DNA of 64,000 bases, taken from the NCBI RefSeq assembly GCF_009914755.1, contig NC_060933.1; one strand, given 5' to 3'. The position numbers were made by a program, and so were the translations under genes. This document shows, one piece after another, positions 1-17,618 of the stretch; the first letter of the stretch is position 1; every line of letters begins with the position of its first letter. The notes beneath the pieces were generated by a model. It had not been told where the DNA came from and searched no databases. It worked only from the letters and a program-made list of their open reading frames with translations. This DNA comes from the human T2T-CHM13v2.0 reference genome, Homo sapiens.

Positions 1-837
1 AGTACTGTGGAGCTGCCACACCCACTCTGGTCTTGCTACCAGGAAAATTTACGTAAATACAAATCTCTTTATTGCTTAAGCCACTGTTATTGGGTGTTGG
101 TGACTTGCAGTGAGAAGCACTTGTGATTCACTGCTTCTATTTGCAGATTTTGTAGCCACTACTTCAGGCAGAAATGGAGATGGAAAAGCCATCCAAACTG
201 AATAAGCCTAGGCAACAGTCGTCGCAAGGGAGCTGAATGTCTTGGTGTCACTACATAATTAGAATCATCAGATAAAAACGTGGGCTGGGAGGTGGCATTT
301 ACATTGGGAGAATCTCTGAAGCTTTGAGGACAGTGGGGGGTGGGCAAAAAAAGAAGAATATTTCTGAGTTTAGAATCATCTACATACAAGTTAGCTCTGG
401 GTAACAGAAACGTTTGCCACTAAAGCAAAACCAAACCAATCTGATGGTTGTGGTCCTAGCCATGGGGTCTGCCTAGATCCCCCAGGGCTCCCAGATTCTA
501 GGCCATGAAGATGATTTCAACCATTAGGATCTACTCTTTAACAGACAAAACTATCCAGGCCTTAACATCCAACAGTAGTCCAGGAAGGGAATTGGTAACA
601 AGGCCTGGGCTAGGTGGATAGAAGACAGATCTGCATATTTGTAAATTCAGAGTCATTTATAAATTAAAAATTTGTAAAAAACAAAGAGGAGGCATCTATT
701 TTCCCCAGAATATCCAGGGTTTTCTGGGCTTCATGGGCCATGGCCATTGCCCCTTCCTCATTCCATTGCCTCAAGTGCCCCATTTATGAATCCAACAAAA
801 GACAGTTACTTTATTTTTTGTTATAAAAGTTATACAT

Positions 838-1129
838 GGCTGGGCACAGTGGCTCAAGCCTACAATCCCAGCACTTTGGGAGTCCAAGCAGGCAGATTGC
901 TTGAGCCCAGGAGTTGGAGACCAGCCTAGGCAACAAAGTGAGACCCTGACTCTACAAAAAAATGCAAAAATTAGCTGGGCATGGAGGTGTGCGACTATAG
1001 TCCCAGCTCCTCCTGGGACTGAGATGGGAGGATCACTTGAGCCTGGGAGGTTAAGACTGCAGTGGGCTGAGATTGTGCCACTATACACCAGCCTGGGCAA
1101 AAGAGTGAGACCCTGTTTCAAAAAAAAAA
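838..1129 (+). mobile_element. Alu (AluJ-like)
   Basis: Dimeric Alu with A tail. Confidence 0.9.
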
Positions 1130-1831
1130 TTATGTTATGGAAAAAATTGGAAAATGCAGGAAAGCACAAAAAAAAATCCATCATCTCACCATTCAGAGAT
1201 AGCCGTTGTTAACATTCTCAAAAACATCTTCAAATCATTTAGGATGCCTCCAATTGTAAATAAATGGAAAACCCAACCCAAAATGGTTCAAACAATGGAA
1301 CATTTTATTATATCATATTACAAAGAGTCAGTGATGGGCCATTCCAGGATTGGTTAATTCAGTAGTTCACCAAAGTCATCAAGGATCCGTCTTTCCATCT
1401 CCCTTCTCTGCCACCCTCAAGGTTTAAGACGGCTGTTGCAGTTCCAGACATTATATCAAGATGCAGTATTCACAGAAAGAGGACTGTTCATTTCTTTACC
1501 AGAAGATTCTCCCATATATCATGTGTCTACATCTAAACCAATCACTACTAAGGGGAAATTGACCTACAACATTTGGATTAGACTAATCAAATTTACCTTC
1601 TGAGTTAGGCATAGAGTCAACTTCTATGAGCACATGGCTGAGCCAAGGATAAGCATTCTGCCAGCAAGAGAGGACATAATATGGGTGTGGGATTGGAGAT
1701 GGGAGAGGAATATTCAGGCAGTAACCAATAATGTCTATGATCTTTTTAGTCTATTTTTGATACTTATACACATACCTAGAAAAAGTTTAAATATAAAACC
1801 ATGTATATACTGATGATGTTTTTTCAAGTAG

Positions 1832-2179
<348 letters not shown>

Positions 2180-3803
2180 ATCTTTTTTTTTTCTACTTTT
2201 ATTTTAGATTCAGGGATACATGATACATATGAAGGTTTGTTATAACGGTATATTGCATGATGCTGAGGTTTGGGGTGCGATTGAACCTGTCACTGAGGTA
2301 GTGAGCATGGTACCCAATAGACAGTTTTTCAATTCTTCCCTCTTTGTTTCTCATAATTCCCAGTGTCTACTGTTCCCATCTTTATGTCCATTAGTACCTA
2401 ATATTTAGCTCCCACTTATAAGTGAGAACATGCTGTATTTAGTTTTCTTCTGTGTTAATTCACTTAGGATAATGGCTTCCAGTTGCATCCATTTTACCGC
2501 AGAGGACATGATTTCATTTTTATGGATGTGTAGTGTTCCATGGTGTATATATTCCATATCTTCTTTATCCAATCCACAGTTAATGAACACCTAGGTTGAT
2601 TCCATGATTTTTCTATTGTGTATAGTGCTGTGATGAACATGAGTGCCTGTGTCTTTTTGGTAGAACAATTTATTTTCCTTTGGATATATACCAAATAATG
2701 GGATTGCTGGGTCAAATGGTAGTTCTACTTTCAGTTCTTTGAGAAACCTCCAAACTGCTCTCCACAGTGGCTAATTTACCTTCCCACCAACAGTGTATAA
2801 GTGTTCCCTTTTCTCTGAAGCCTCAACAGCGTCTGTTATTTTTTGACTTTTTAATAATAGCCATTCTGACTCGTGTGAGATGGAATCTCATTGTGGTTTT
2901 GATTTGCATTCCTCTGATGATTAGTGATGTTGAGCATTTTTTCAAGTGTTTGTTGGATACTTCTATGTCTTTTAAGAAGTGTCTGTTCATGCCCTTCACC
3001 CACTTTTTAATGGGGTTTTTTGCTTGTTGAATTTTTAAATTTCCTAATAGATACTAGATATTACATATTTGTCAGATGGATAGTTTGCAAATATTTTCCC
3101 TCATTCTGTAAGTTGTCTGTTCACTCTTGATAGTTTCTTTTGCTGTGCAGAAGCTCTTTTAATTAGGTTCCCACTTGTCAATTTTTGTTTTTGTTGCAAT
3201 TGCTTTTCAGCTTGATATCCAAAAGGGTGTTTCCTAGGTTTTCTTCTAGAATTTTCTTTGCTTTAGGTCTTACATTTAAGCTTTTAATCCATCTGGAGTT
3301 AATTTTTGTATATGGTAATATATAGGGATCCAGTATCATTCTACTGCATATGGATCAACAGTTATCCTAGCACCATCTATTGAATAGGGAACCCTTTCCC
3401 CTGTTTATTTTTGTCAACTTTGTTGAAGATCCTTTGGTAGTAGGTGTGTGGCTTTATTTCTGGGTTCTCTATTCTGTGCCATTGGCCTATGTGTCTGTTT
3501 TTGTACCATACTTTTTGGTTACTGTAGCCTTGTGGTATAGTTTGAAGTTGACTAAAATGATGCCTTCAGCTTTGTTCTCTGGCTATTCAGGCTTTTTTAG
3601 GTTCCATATGAATTTTAGAATAGTTTTTTCTAATTCCGTGGAAAATGATATTGGTAGTTTGATAGGAATAGCACTGAATCTGTACATTGCTTTGGGTAGT
3701 ATGGATATTTTAATGATATTGATTCTTCCAATCCATGCACATAGAGTGTTTTTCCACCTGTTTCTGTCGTCTGTGCTTTCTTTCAGCAGTGGTTTTTGTT
3801 TTG

Positions 3804-4094
3804 ATTTTTTTTTGAGATGGGGTCTTGCTCTGTCACCCAGGCTACAGTGCAGTGGTGAAATCTCAGGTCACTGCAAGCTCCGCCTCCTGAGTTCAAGTGA
3901 TTCTCCTGCCTCAGCCTCCTGAGTAGCTGGGATTAAGGCGTGCACCACCATGGCCCGCTAATTTTTGTATTTTTAGTAGAGACAGGGTTTCGCCATGTTG
4001 GCCAGGCTGGTCTCGAACTCCTGGCCTCAAGCGATCCACCTGCCTCGGTCTCTCAAAGTGCTAGGATTATACGCATGAGGCACTGTGCCTGGCC
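3804..4094 (-). mobile_element. Alu (AluS-like) inserted in L1
   Basis: Antisense Alu consensus. Confidence 0.9.
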
Positions 4095-4158
4095 AAGTGT
4101 TTTTTATTTAGTTCTCCTTTTAGAGATCTTTCATCTCCTTGGCTAGATGTATTCCTAG

Positions 4159-4161
<3 letters not shown>

Positions 4162-4210
<49 letters not shown>
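4162..4210 (+). repeat. (TG)n microsatellite
   Basis: About 24 perfect TG units. Confidence 0.97.
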
Positions 4211-4212
<2 letters not shown>

Positions 4213-4803
4213 TGTAAATAAGATTGCATTCTTGATTTGGCTCTCAGCTTCAACTTATTGGTGTTTAGAAATGCTACTGATTTTTCATACATTGATTTTG
4301 TACCCTGAAACTTTACTGAAGTCATTTATCAGACTTAGGAGCCTTTTGGCAGAATCTTTAGGGTTTTCTAAGTATGGAATCACATTATCTGTGAAGAGAG
4401 ATAACTTTTTCTTTTCCTATTTGGATGCCTTTTATTTCTTTCTCTTCCCTGATTTTGCTTCTGGCTAGTACTATGTTGAATAGGAGGGGTAAGAGTGGGC
4501 ATCCTTGTCTTGTTTCAGTTAAGGGGAATGCTTCCAGCTTTTGCCTGTTCAGTATGATGTTGGCTGTGGGTTTGTCATAGATGGCTCTTATTATTTTGAG
4601 GTATGTTCCTTTGATGTCTAGTTTTTTGAGGGTTTTTGTCATGAAGGGATTTATATTATTAGGCTTCTTAGCTTTCCATTACAAAGACGTAATTATTCAG
4701 TTTCTTATTGCTGGATGAAATAGTTGCTGGACATTTAAAGTCATTTCCAATTTTCCATTATTGATACCAATGTGGTGATGAACATTTTTTGGCTTTTGAT
4801 ATA

Positions 4804-5767
<964 letters not shown>

Positions 5768-6309
5768 AATATTACCAAGCTGCTTTCCAAAAAAATAGTA
5801 CCAGTTTATACTTCTATCAATGGAGTGTGGCAATGTTTAGTTCACTTAATCCTTATCAGCATTTAAAAATATACCTTTTTAATTCATTACTCATTAGACA
5901 GATGTCATCATTCTTGAAGAAAGCATGTGGTTGCTCTATAGGGAGAGGCATTATTGGAAATTCAGCTTTGGCCCACACATGCTTTCTGATTCTGAAGGCA
6001 AATGAGTTCAAATCAGAACTGTAAGCCCCAGGTCTCTTTTTAGTGGGTTCTCAGAAAAGTAGGGATGCTGTCCTCTCTCCCCTGACCCCACCTATATGGA
6101 TATGCATATGCATATGACTACAGGTCAGAGAAGACTCCTGCTTCCCCTGGAAGCTGAACAGAGGGGTTGTACAAGGCTTATAATTTTTCTTCCACTCTTC
6201 TTCCGTGGTTTTGTTTTAATCTAAATCAAGTTACAGTTACCTTGGCAAGCCATTTCTTTTGATTGGGTGATTTAATCTATTTACATTTAATACTATTCTT
6301 GATATACCA

Positions 6310-6651
6310 TCAATTCTCATTATTCACAATTCCTTATTTGTGAATTTTTCCTACTTGCTAGAAGTTTGTAATTCCTAAATCAACACTTAAGGTGTTTTCA
6401 TGGTCATTTGCAACATGCACACAGTGGCAAAAATATTTGAATTGCTCAACATATGTGTTCCCAGCTGAGGCTGAACAAGGTGACACACAAACCTCCTGTA
6501 TCAGCTCTCATACTGTAAACAAGCGTCCTTCTTGTGGTCTACTTAGTGCCAGGTTTTTTGTATTTTTCTTGGTGATTTCACAGTTTACAAGAGCCCCCAA
6601 GAGCAGTGCTGCAGTGCTGTTTAGTGTTCCAAAGTGCAAGAAGGCTGTGAG
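6310..6651 (+). mobile_element. TcMar-Tigger DNA transposon fragment (MER82-like)
   Basis: cccagctgaggctgaacaaggtgac...cagctctcatactgtaaacaag motif; family from memory. Confidence 0.55.
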
Positions 6652-8109
6652 GTTACTTGCTTTTAGCCTGAACTTTAGTATTTCTTCTAAAGAAGGGCTG
6701 CCAACATTAAATTCTCTCAGTTTTATTTTTCTGGGGAAATCTTTATTTTATCTTCATTCTGAATCACAGCTTTGCTGGCAATACAATTCTTGGTTGACAG
6801 TTTCTTTCTCTGAGACTTTGAATGTCATCCCACTACCTTTTGGCCTCCATTGTTTCTGCTAAGTGAGCCACTAATTCTACTAGGGTTCCCTTGTAAGTAA
6901 TGAGTTATTTTTTTCTTGCTGCTTAAAGATTTCCTCATTGTCTTTGACTTTCGACATTTGTCCTATGCTGTGCCTCACATTTCTAAGGTTCTCTTCATTC
7001 TTTTTTCTCTGTTTTTCAGTGTGTCTAATCTCTATTAGTCTGTTATTCTTTCCTCTGTCAGTTCAAACCTATTGTTGAGCCCTTTGGTGAATTTTTTGGT
7101 TATTGTGCTTTTCAACTCCATAATTTCCATTTGGCTCCTTTAATAATCTCAATTTTTTTGTTGATATTGTCTTACTTGATGTGACATTGTCATCCTACCT
7201 TCAATTACTTCTTTAATCATGGCTCCTTTTAGTTCTCTGAACAGGTTCATAATGGCTACTTTAAAGTCTTTTCTGATAAATGCAACATCTGGTTCCTCTT
7301 ACTGTCAATTTCTGTTGTCTGCTTTTTTTCTGCTGTTTGGGTTGTACTTTCCTGTTTCCTTGTGCTTTGTAATTTTTGGTTTAAAACTAGATATTGAAAA
7401 TCATATATTGTAGTAACTCTGGTTGCTGGTCCCCCCTTCTCTGGAGCTTATTATAATGTGCTTATTTATGTAGTAAACGACTGGATTATTTTAGTGAAGT
7501 CCCTTTTCTCCAAACTGTGTTTAGCCACTAATGTTGTTCCTTCAGGAGGTACAGCACTGGGTATGCCCACAGTCACTCCGGAATCAGTGGGTTTGGTGGG
7601 TCTCTCCTCCTCTTTTCACTGACCCCACCTACCTGCTAAAACCATACTATTATCAGATGATTGCTCTAGTGTTTTCAACAGTACCCTGGGAGCACAAACT
7701 GCTCTAAAATTTATACAGTTGAATTCTGGCTTCTTCAACTGAACAATTTTTTAGGTCAGTGTTTGATTTTTATTCTGACCCCAGGAGGATTCTTCCAGCT
7801 ATCTTATTCCCAGTTCTCTCCTGCAAACCAGCCTTCTACAGTTTAACCTGTATCTTGAATATTCTCCCAGTTGCCTTTTATCACACCTCACTGACCTTGA
7901 GAGTGCTTTTAGACTTGAAATTATTCACTCTGCTGCAATAAGCTAAATTCCTTCTGAAAGAGATGAAAAGCTATCTGTTTTATGGTGGGTTTCTCCCCGC
8001 AGGTACAATCTCTGAGCCAGGGCACTGGAGCTGGGAAAGGGAACGATGGTAAGCTTTTCTCTGAGTGACATCCCCACTCTAGGGGCTAAGCCCTTGATTG
8101 TGAGGGAGG

Positions 8110-9140
<1,031 letters not shown>

Positions 9141-9394
9141 GGAGAGAGCCTCTGTCAGTGCAGAGCAGCTGGGGTCCTCTCGGCTTGCCTCTCTTGCCAT
9201 GGAACCACCACCTCGCAAGCCAGGACCAAGGCCCCATTATCTTAGCATGTCATGCCTAAGGAAGCCTCCAGTCCATGAGTGGGGTCTGGGTGGAATAAGA
9301 GAGCCTCAGCAACAGGTGGCTACGAGCAGGATGAGAAAAGCTGTGGTTCTGCTATTCCCAGGACGAAAGCCCTCTGTGAGGGGATGTTCTTGGC

Positions 9395-9780
9395 TGCAGC
9401 AGCCTGTCTGGGGGCCTGGATAGAACAAAAGGGCAAGAAGAAAGGCAAATTTCCTCTCTCCTAGAGCTAGAACACCATTTTATCTCCTGTCCTTTGGCAT
9501 CAGAACTCCAGATTCTCTGGCCTTTGGACTCTGGGACTTGCACCGGCAGCCCCCTGGGTTCTCAGGTCTTTGGCCTTGGACTGAGAGTTAGACCAGTGGC
9601 TTCCCTGGGTTTTGGGGCCTTCAGACTTGAATGAGCCACCCCCTACTGGCCTCCCTAGCCTGCAGACGGCCTGTTTTAAGACTTATCAGCCTACAATCAC
9701 ATGAACCAATTATATCTACCTACCTACCTACTTATTTATCTATCCTACCTGTTCTGTCTCTCTGGAGAACCCTGACAAAT
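9395..9780 (+). mobile_element. MLT2-like (ERVL) LTR fragment
   Basis: catcagaactcc...gcctttggactctgggacttgcacc...tctctggagaaccctgac. Confidence 0.7.
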
Positions 9781-10140
9781 CCAAAGCCCTAGTCCACAGT
9801 ACCTCAAAATCTGACTGTATTTGGGAATAGAGCTTTTAAAGAGGTAAAGTACAATGAGGCCATATGGGCAGGCCCTACTCCAATATAACTGGTATCCTTT
9901 AAGAGGACATTGGGACACAGACTCACACAAACCAAAAGATAACCAACCACGTGAGAACATAGGGAGAAGGTGGCCATCTACAAATCAATGGGAGAGGCCT
10001 CAGAAGAAACCAAACCTGCTGACTGACACTTTGATCTCAGACTTCTACCCTCCAGAATTGTGAGAAAATGAGTATCTATTATTTAAGCCACCCAGGTTGT
10101 TGTATGTAATTTGTTACAGTAGCCCTAGTAAACTAATACA
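9781..10140 (+). mobile_element. MLT1-like MaLR LTR
   Basis: tgactgtatttgg...tttaagccaccc...gccctagtaaactaataca end. Confidence 0.75.
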
Positions 10141-10841
10141 ATGTACACGGGACTATTTTGGCCTCCTTGGGACTGCCCATATATGGGCAATCTATGCTTC
10201 TGGGGAACATGATGGAAGAAGTTATGGTTATCACACAAATGTACAGGTCAGAGAAAATAAACTTTGGTGAGGGTATGGATCTATGAATCCATACGCTCAA
10301 ATACAGTTGTGCTGTTGGAGTTTGTCACTGAATTCCCGAAGCCCTATATAGACAGCAGATGTTTTTGTAGGTTGAGGCAAGGCTCCATTTTCCTTCTGTA
10401 TATGTTCAGCTCTCTGGGTATTTCATTCATCAGATGGCAGCTTGGCTTAGAGAAGGTGTTGGTCTGTATTAACGCAATGGCTGCCACCAAGTCACTACAA
10501 GCACTAGGGTTCTATCAATGATGATCTAGCTCAGTGGCTTTGTCATGGGGACTGCCAGGGGAAAGAATCTGGGGCTGGTTCCGTCAGAAGCTCCTACCAG
10601 CTGAAAGGAAATGGCAGATATTCAACAGATAATCTACTGTATGCTGGTCTCTGCATGGGTATTTTATTTCTTATAAAGAAGATCCTGCTTCTTACTAAAT
10701 AGGGGTTGTCACTAGAACCCTGTAATCTCTTCAATCTTTATGCCCTTATTTAAAAGAATTTAGAATAAATTCATTCTAACAGTGAGCTAACATCATAGAC
10801 CAAGCACACAAACTAACAGTTAATTCTGCAGCCCTGGGAAC

Positions 10842-11140
<299 letters not shown>

Positions 11141-11512
11141 AAGAACTATTTTTTGAATAAAAAAACTGGAAGTGTTCTGAAAATACAAGGATAGTCTGCC
11201 TGTTCTAGAAAATCTGGGGCTGGTAGCTACTATTCTTGGACCATATTGAGAGATGGTTAAAAACATTAGATGCTCAAAAAATCAGGTAAATTATTTAGAT
11301 TTAGTTTGCAAGCTAGTCCATGTTGCAAGAAAGGACATACCAGTGCTTTCCATCTTTATTATAATGTTCCTTGATGGCATGGCTAGACTTTTACAACTTT
11401 GGATCCTCTGGCAATGCATATATCTGTCAAATCAGCCCACACTAAAGCACAGCAATAAGAGGCATGGGGGTGAGGGAGCCATCAGGACAATCCTAAACCT
11501 TGGCATTTTTTC

Positions 11513-11554
11513 CAGATGAGATCGGGTGCAGTCAGGGTAGTATGGCATGCAGAC
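11513..11554 (-). pseudogene. 5S rRNA 5' fragment (nt 1 to ~41)
   Basis: Reverse complement gtctgcatgccatactaccctgactgcacccgatctcatctg aligns to 5S GTCTACGGCCATACCACCCTGAACGCGCCCGATCTCGTCTG. Confidence 0.7.
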
Positions 11555-11913
11555 ATTTGTGTTTTTTTCAAAGTAATTCCTACCTAAATAAGTTTTTGTT
11601 CCTACCTAGTTATATTTCATTCTCAAGTTCATATATATTGTTTCTGTCATAAAGGATAAATGTGCATTGAAAATTCATAGGATATATAAGGCAATCTAAG
11701 ACAGCTATGATTAACATATCAAGTCACACAAAATAAGAAGTATAAAAGAAGCACAAAATAAAGTTAAAAATGAAATGAAACACTAATAAATGAAAAAACA
11801 AACATTGCGGAGGATCAAAACACATGAAAAACAGGTTATTTGAAAATAGTTCTGCAAGATGGCTCAAGAAAAGGAGAAAAGGCACAACTGAAAAACAGTA
11901 ATATGGATATACA

Positions 11914-12366
<453 letters not shown>

Positions 12367-13135
12367 TTACTGATAAGGCAGAGATTTAAAAACATTATAA
12401 ACTTTAACCAATATGTTTGAAAACTACTATATAAATTAATAGTTAATAATCTACCCAGTAGAAAGGGAGAGGGGCAGGAGTATAGAAGATACAACGCAGA
12501 ATATGAATCACGTAAGTTAGGTGACAGAAACAAAGTTTCATTATATCAGTCTTTCAATTTTACAAATGTTTGTGTTTCCATAAAAACAGGCTTTAGAAAA
12601 AGGCAAACTTTTGGAGGAGAATAGGAAACAAAAAAAACCCAAGCATTTATTTTGCCTTTCTATAGAAGCTGTACCTCAAAGTAATGAAATAGCTGATATG
12701 GGGGTTTCTCTTATATAGAAGAAATCCAACTAATACAAGCAAAAGGAATTAGAATTATAGCTTTACCATCTTGCAGTCCCTAAAAATTAATGGATCTAGG
12801 CAATGATCAATGGATACTGCCATCAAAAGAAAAGCCACATTATGGAAGTATCCAACGCTATCAATGAAGTATTCTTACGAAAAAAAAAAAAAGGTAGGGG
12901 GGAAGGGGAGGCAGGGAGAAAGAAGAGAGAAAACAGAATCTGAATGAGCTCTTCTCGATTTACATGTAATTGGCAAAATTCAAAGAGCTGTTTCTTCAAC
13001 AAATAAATTACAAAAAAAAAGGATGGAGAGGGAACCTGTAAAAGCCTTTATCAACTGCAATGTATGGACTTCTATACTGAAATGTTTACAGATGAAATTA
13101 TATGATGACTGGGATTTAAAAGAAATCCTAGGATA

Positions 13136-14072
<937 letters not shown>

Positions 14073-14977
14073 GGGAAATATATTAGGGGTTAGATGTCAA
14101 ACAGCTCACCAGATCAGTTACAGTGGCAAAACCAAAACTAAAACACATTAATTAAATCTTTCTGAATCTAGTTGGATGTAAAACTGTTCGGAAGGGTAAA
14201 ATTTACTTGAAAACATGTTTTTTTGTTTGTTTTTTTTTGGTCAGTGAAATATTTTTCCTATAGATATGCCGTGGTCAGGACAATGCAATATATGCACATG
14301 TAAGAGTTTCATGTTGAAACTCAGTCCATGGTATCTTGGGTTCTTTATAAGAGGGCCTTACTTATTGGCTAGAATAATCTGCTGACTTAAGAAAAGAATT
14401 GGTTGCTAGCTCCTTGCTCAATTATAATAATTTTTGAAACACTCCTGGGTAACTGGTACAAAGTACATTAACCAGATACCAGAAACCCCTCCTCATACTC
14501 TTTCAGTTACCTCCTTCCCAAAGGTAACTATCCTGTTTCTGAACTTGATGTACATAAAATTATATAGTAAGTGTTTGTACGTGGCTTCCTTTGTTCAGCA
14601 TCACATCTGTGAGATTCTTCCATGCAGTGGAATGAGCTTCATTTTGTTCAGTTGCATTACTATATTCTACTATAGAACTCTATCATTATGAAATCTATCC
14701 CTAATAATGCCTTTTGCCCTAAAGTGTACTTTGTCTAACATTAATGTAGTTAATAACAGTTTTATTTTGAAGACAATCTCTTAACAGGTTAGAATGTGAC
14801 ATTTGTATTCTGCAGGAATAAGGACTGAGCAGATAATTCTCTAATTTTAGGCACAGAATAATGATAGAGATGCTTATCAAGTGATTAGAGGGCAATTTAT
14901 TCCAAAAGAAATATTGAGTTTTTCCTGTTACCCTGTCTATATCCTTAGAACAAATATAGGGGTAAAAAAATTGAGAA

Positions 14978-15270
14978 GGCTGGGCACAGTGGCTCACCCC
15001 TGTAATCCCAGTGCTTCCTACTGTAATCTGAGAAGGGAGGATTGCTCGAGCCCAAGACTTCAAGACTAGCCTAAGGAACAAAGTGAGACCCAGTTTCTAC
15101 AAAAGTAAAAAGTAAAAAACTTAGCCAGGCACATACCTGTAGTCCCACTTACTTGGGAGCCTGAGGCAGAAGGAAGGCTTGAGCCCAGGAGTTTGAGGCT
15201 GCTTCAGCCTGGGCAACACAGTGAGACTCTGTCTCAAAACAAAACAAAAACAGAAAGAAAAATAAAAAAA
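14978..15270 (+). mobile_element. Alu (AluJ-like, diverged)
   Basis: Alu consensus with internal deletions. Confidence 0.82.
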
Positions 15271-16013
15271 TAGACATTATGAATCTGCTAGGAACATTAG
15301 AATCATTACTTTTCTGGTTTCTTTATACTAGTAGAGTTGGAAACTCTACATCAGAACCCAGTGGCTCCAGAATGTGGTAATTCCAGCAAAATTATTACTA
15401 GAGTTTTATCACTTCAGCATAAACTGTTTTGATAAAAAACACACAAAGGAAAGTGATGAATTCCCATTATAGGTTGAAATAGACAACAGGAAAAAAAGCT
15501 TTGATGTAGAAACAGTAAGACTACAAATAGGTCTATCACTCCTAACTATACCTAACCCAGCATCCCAGTTCATTTATCACAAATGTTAGACATTAAATAC
15601 TGGGCACAGCTTGTCTGACGATGTCCTCTTATTTCTACAATTGTTCTTTTAAGTAATGGCATTTGTCTTAGAAATAATCATTGCTCTGATATGGCTATTT
15701 ATCTCTAAGAGTAAAAAGGACAAATTATGGCAGGGTCTATATTCCTACATATTCACAACTAGCTGTAGGATAGTTATAGCCATATGTATTCTGAGAAGTG
15801 CCTCAGAGAGGCCTCATGATCCATTTTTGGGGATTCCTATTGAAGGCAGGAGTTCAAAAGTAACGTGTTTAATTTGTGGATTTAGGCTGACATATCTACT
15901 ACATTACACATTTCTAAAAGGTAAGTCACCACGTGCTTAACTCTATATTTTTCCCAACACCTAGCTCAAGTGCTGGTACAATCAGTACTCGGTGAACTGA
16001 ATGAATAAAACAG

Positions 16014-16398
16014 TGCTATGGGGCTGAATTTTGTGTCCCCCACCCCAAATTCCTACGTTGAAGTCCTAATCCCCAGAATCGCAGAATGTAACCACATTCA
16101 GAGACAGACTCTTTAAGGAATTAGGGTAAAATGAGATAATATGAGTAAGCCCTCATCTTTGACTGATGTCCTTATAAGAAGAGATTAGGACATGGACACA
16201 CTCAGAAGAGCGAGCTTGTAGAAGGCGCAAGGAAAAGACAGCTATCTACAAACCAAGGAAAGGCATTGGAAGAAATCAACACTGCTGACACCTTGATCGT
16301 GGCCTGCGAGCCTCCATGAACTGTGAGAAACTCATTTCTGGTGTCTAAGCCACCTAGTCTGTGGGACTTTTTTATGGCAGTCCTAGCAAACTCATACA
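16014..16398 (+). mobile_element. MLT1-like MaLR solo LTR
   Basis: tgctatggggctgaatt...taagccacctagtctgtgg...gcaaactcataca. Confidence 0.78.
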
Positions 16399-16877
16399 AA
16401 CAGTAACTACATTTTTTGTTAGTTTTCTGAAATTTAAAATGTGAAACGACATTAAAAAATTTTTCAGAAGTAGATAAGGCATTTTTACCCTTCATCAGAA
16501 ACATTCTCACCACTTACTCAATGTCTTTACGTTGCAGTGAGGTATGATCATGTGGCTTTTAGGAGAAAACATAAGCACTCCAATACTGTGTACAGATCTT
16601 CAAGATCATAACCTTAGCAGCACTTGGAAGTCTGAAACTGCAACACCTGGGTGCAATAGAGTGCACTGGACCAAGTCACAGAGACCTGGGCTTCCTTGCT
16701 GTTAACTGGAAATTGAACTAGGTGGTCTCTTGGGTCACTGACATGACTTAATGATGGTTATAACCCCTCTGCTGAGTAAATAAGCATTTCACAGTCAATC
16801 GAGTTTATAAAAGCCTAATATAGTCATACAGTTATTTTATCTTTTCCTGATAAAAATGCCTCATGTAAAAATACCTA

Positions 16878-16883
16878 TTTATT
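16878..16883 (-). terminator. Poly(A) signal AATAAA (most distal candidate)
   Basis: tttatt on + near the end of the unique UTR-like sequence; weaker downstream element. Confidence 0.5.
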
Positions 16884-17612
16884 TTCCCAGTATTTATGGA
16901 GACCACAGATTTTACAGGTAAGCCAGCAAAGATTAGTAGTGATTACCTAATTTTCTATTCCATTCAAAATAAATTCCCACTTCCAGGAGACTAAAATATA
17001 CAATGAATGCTAAGTCTAGACTTCTGCAATCCAACAATTCTTTAAAGATCTGAGAAGTAAAACGTTTGTCTAAGGAAAAGGAATGTAGCATCAGCTAGTA
17101 TCTGTGCTACCTTTTTAAAGAGGACACAAATTTGGTTTGAGATCACACCTTGTGTCTCAAAGTGTATGTATACTAATGCCGTAGGGAAGCCAAATACTGA
17201 ACAAAACTGGAAATAGTGTTCCAACTGTAGTTTGGCACTGCACATATGGGGAGAAAGAGAGAAAGAAAAAGGAGAGTGAGTGTGCAAGCAAGAAAGCATG
17301 CCGCCATGCCCCTGCATTACGGGGCAGTGCCAGAGAAGGTGCATCATAGGAAGATTAGGAAAGCACTTTGCTCCTCAAAACGAGAATTATTCCTAAATGA
17401 AGACAGAGACAGTTAATAGATTTTGTGTTTTTCCCATTTTGAACATTGTTTGAATATGTGCTCACTATTCACTAACCATGACACGTTTAGATGGATGGCT
17501 ATGGAAAAGAAAAGAAAATAGGACATCATTAGAATTACAGGTAAGACAAAGGGAAACCCAAAGTACAGACAAGAACACAGAAAAATTTTAAGAGAGTACA
17601 GATGTCATGACA

Positions 17613-17618
17613 TTTATT
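17613..17618 (-). terminator. Poly(A) signal AATAAA (likely major distal site, cleavage ~17595)
   Basis: tttatt on +; followed on the mRNA by a U/GU-rich element tttttctgtgttcttgtctgt. Confidence 0.75.

Larger units (their letters stand above)
2183..4650 (-). mobile_element. L1 3' fragment (ORF2 end and 3' UTR), interrupted by an Alu and (TG)n
   Basis: ORF2-like peptides [19 protein letters not shown] and MQLEAIILSELTQ. Confidence 0.88.

Noticed and set aside
771-1212. ORFs of 137 aa and 103 aa, and similar ones at 40186, 44145, 45698, 53216, 55072 and 56883
   Set aside because: Translations are standard Alu frames ([18 protein letters not shown]); no independent gene evidence.
3380-4642. 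180-aa, 109-aa and 85-aa ORFs
   Set aside because: Antisense or decayed frames of an L1 ORF2 fragment, an Alu and a TG repeat; no intact L1.
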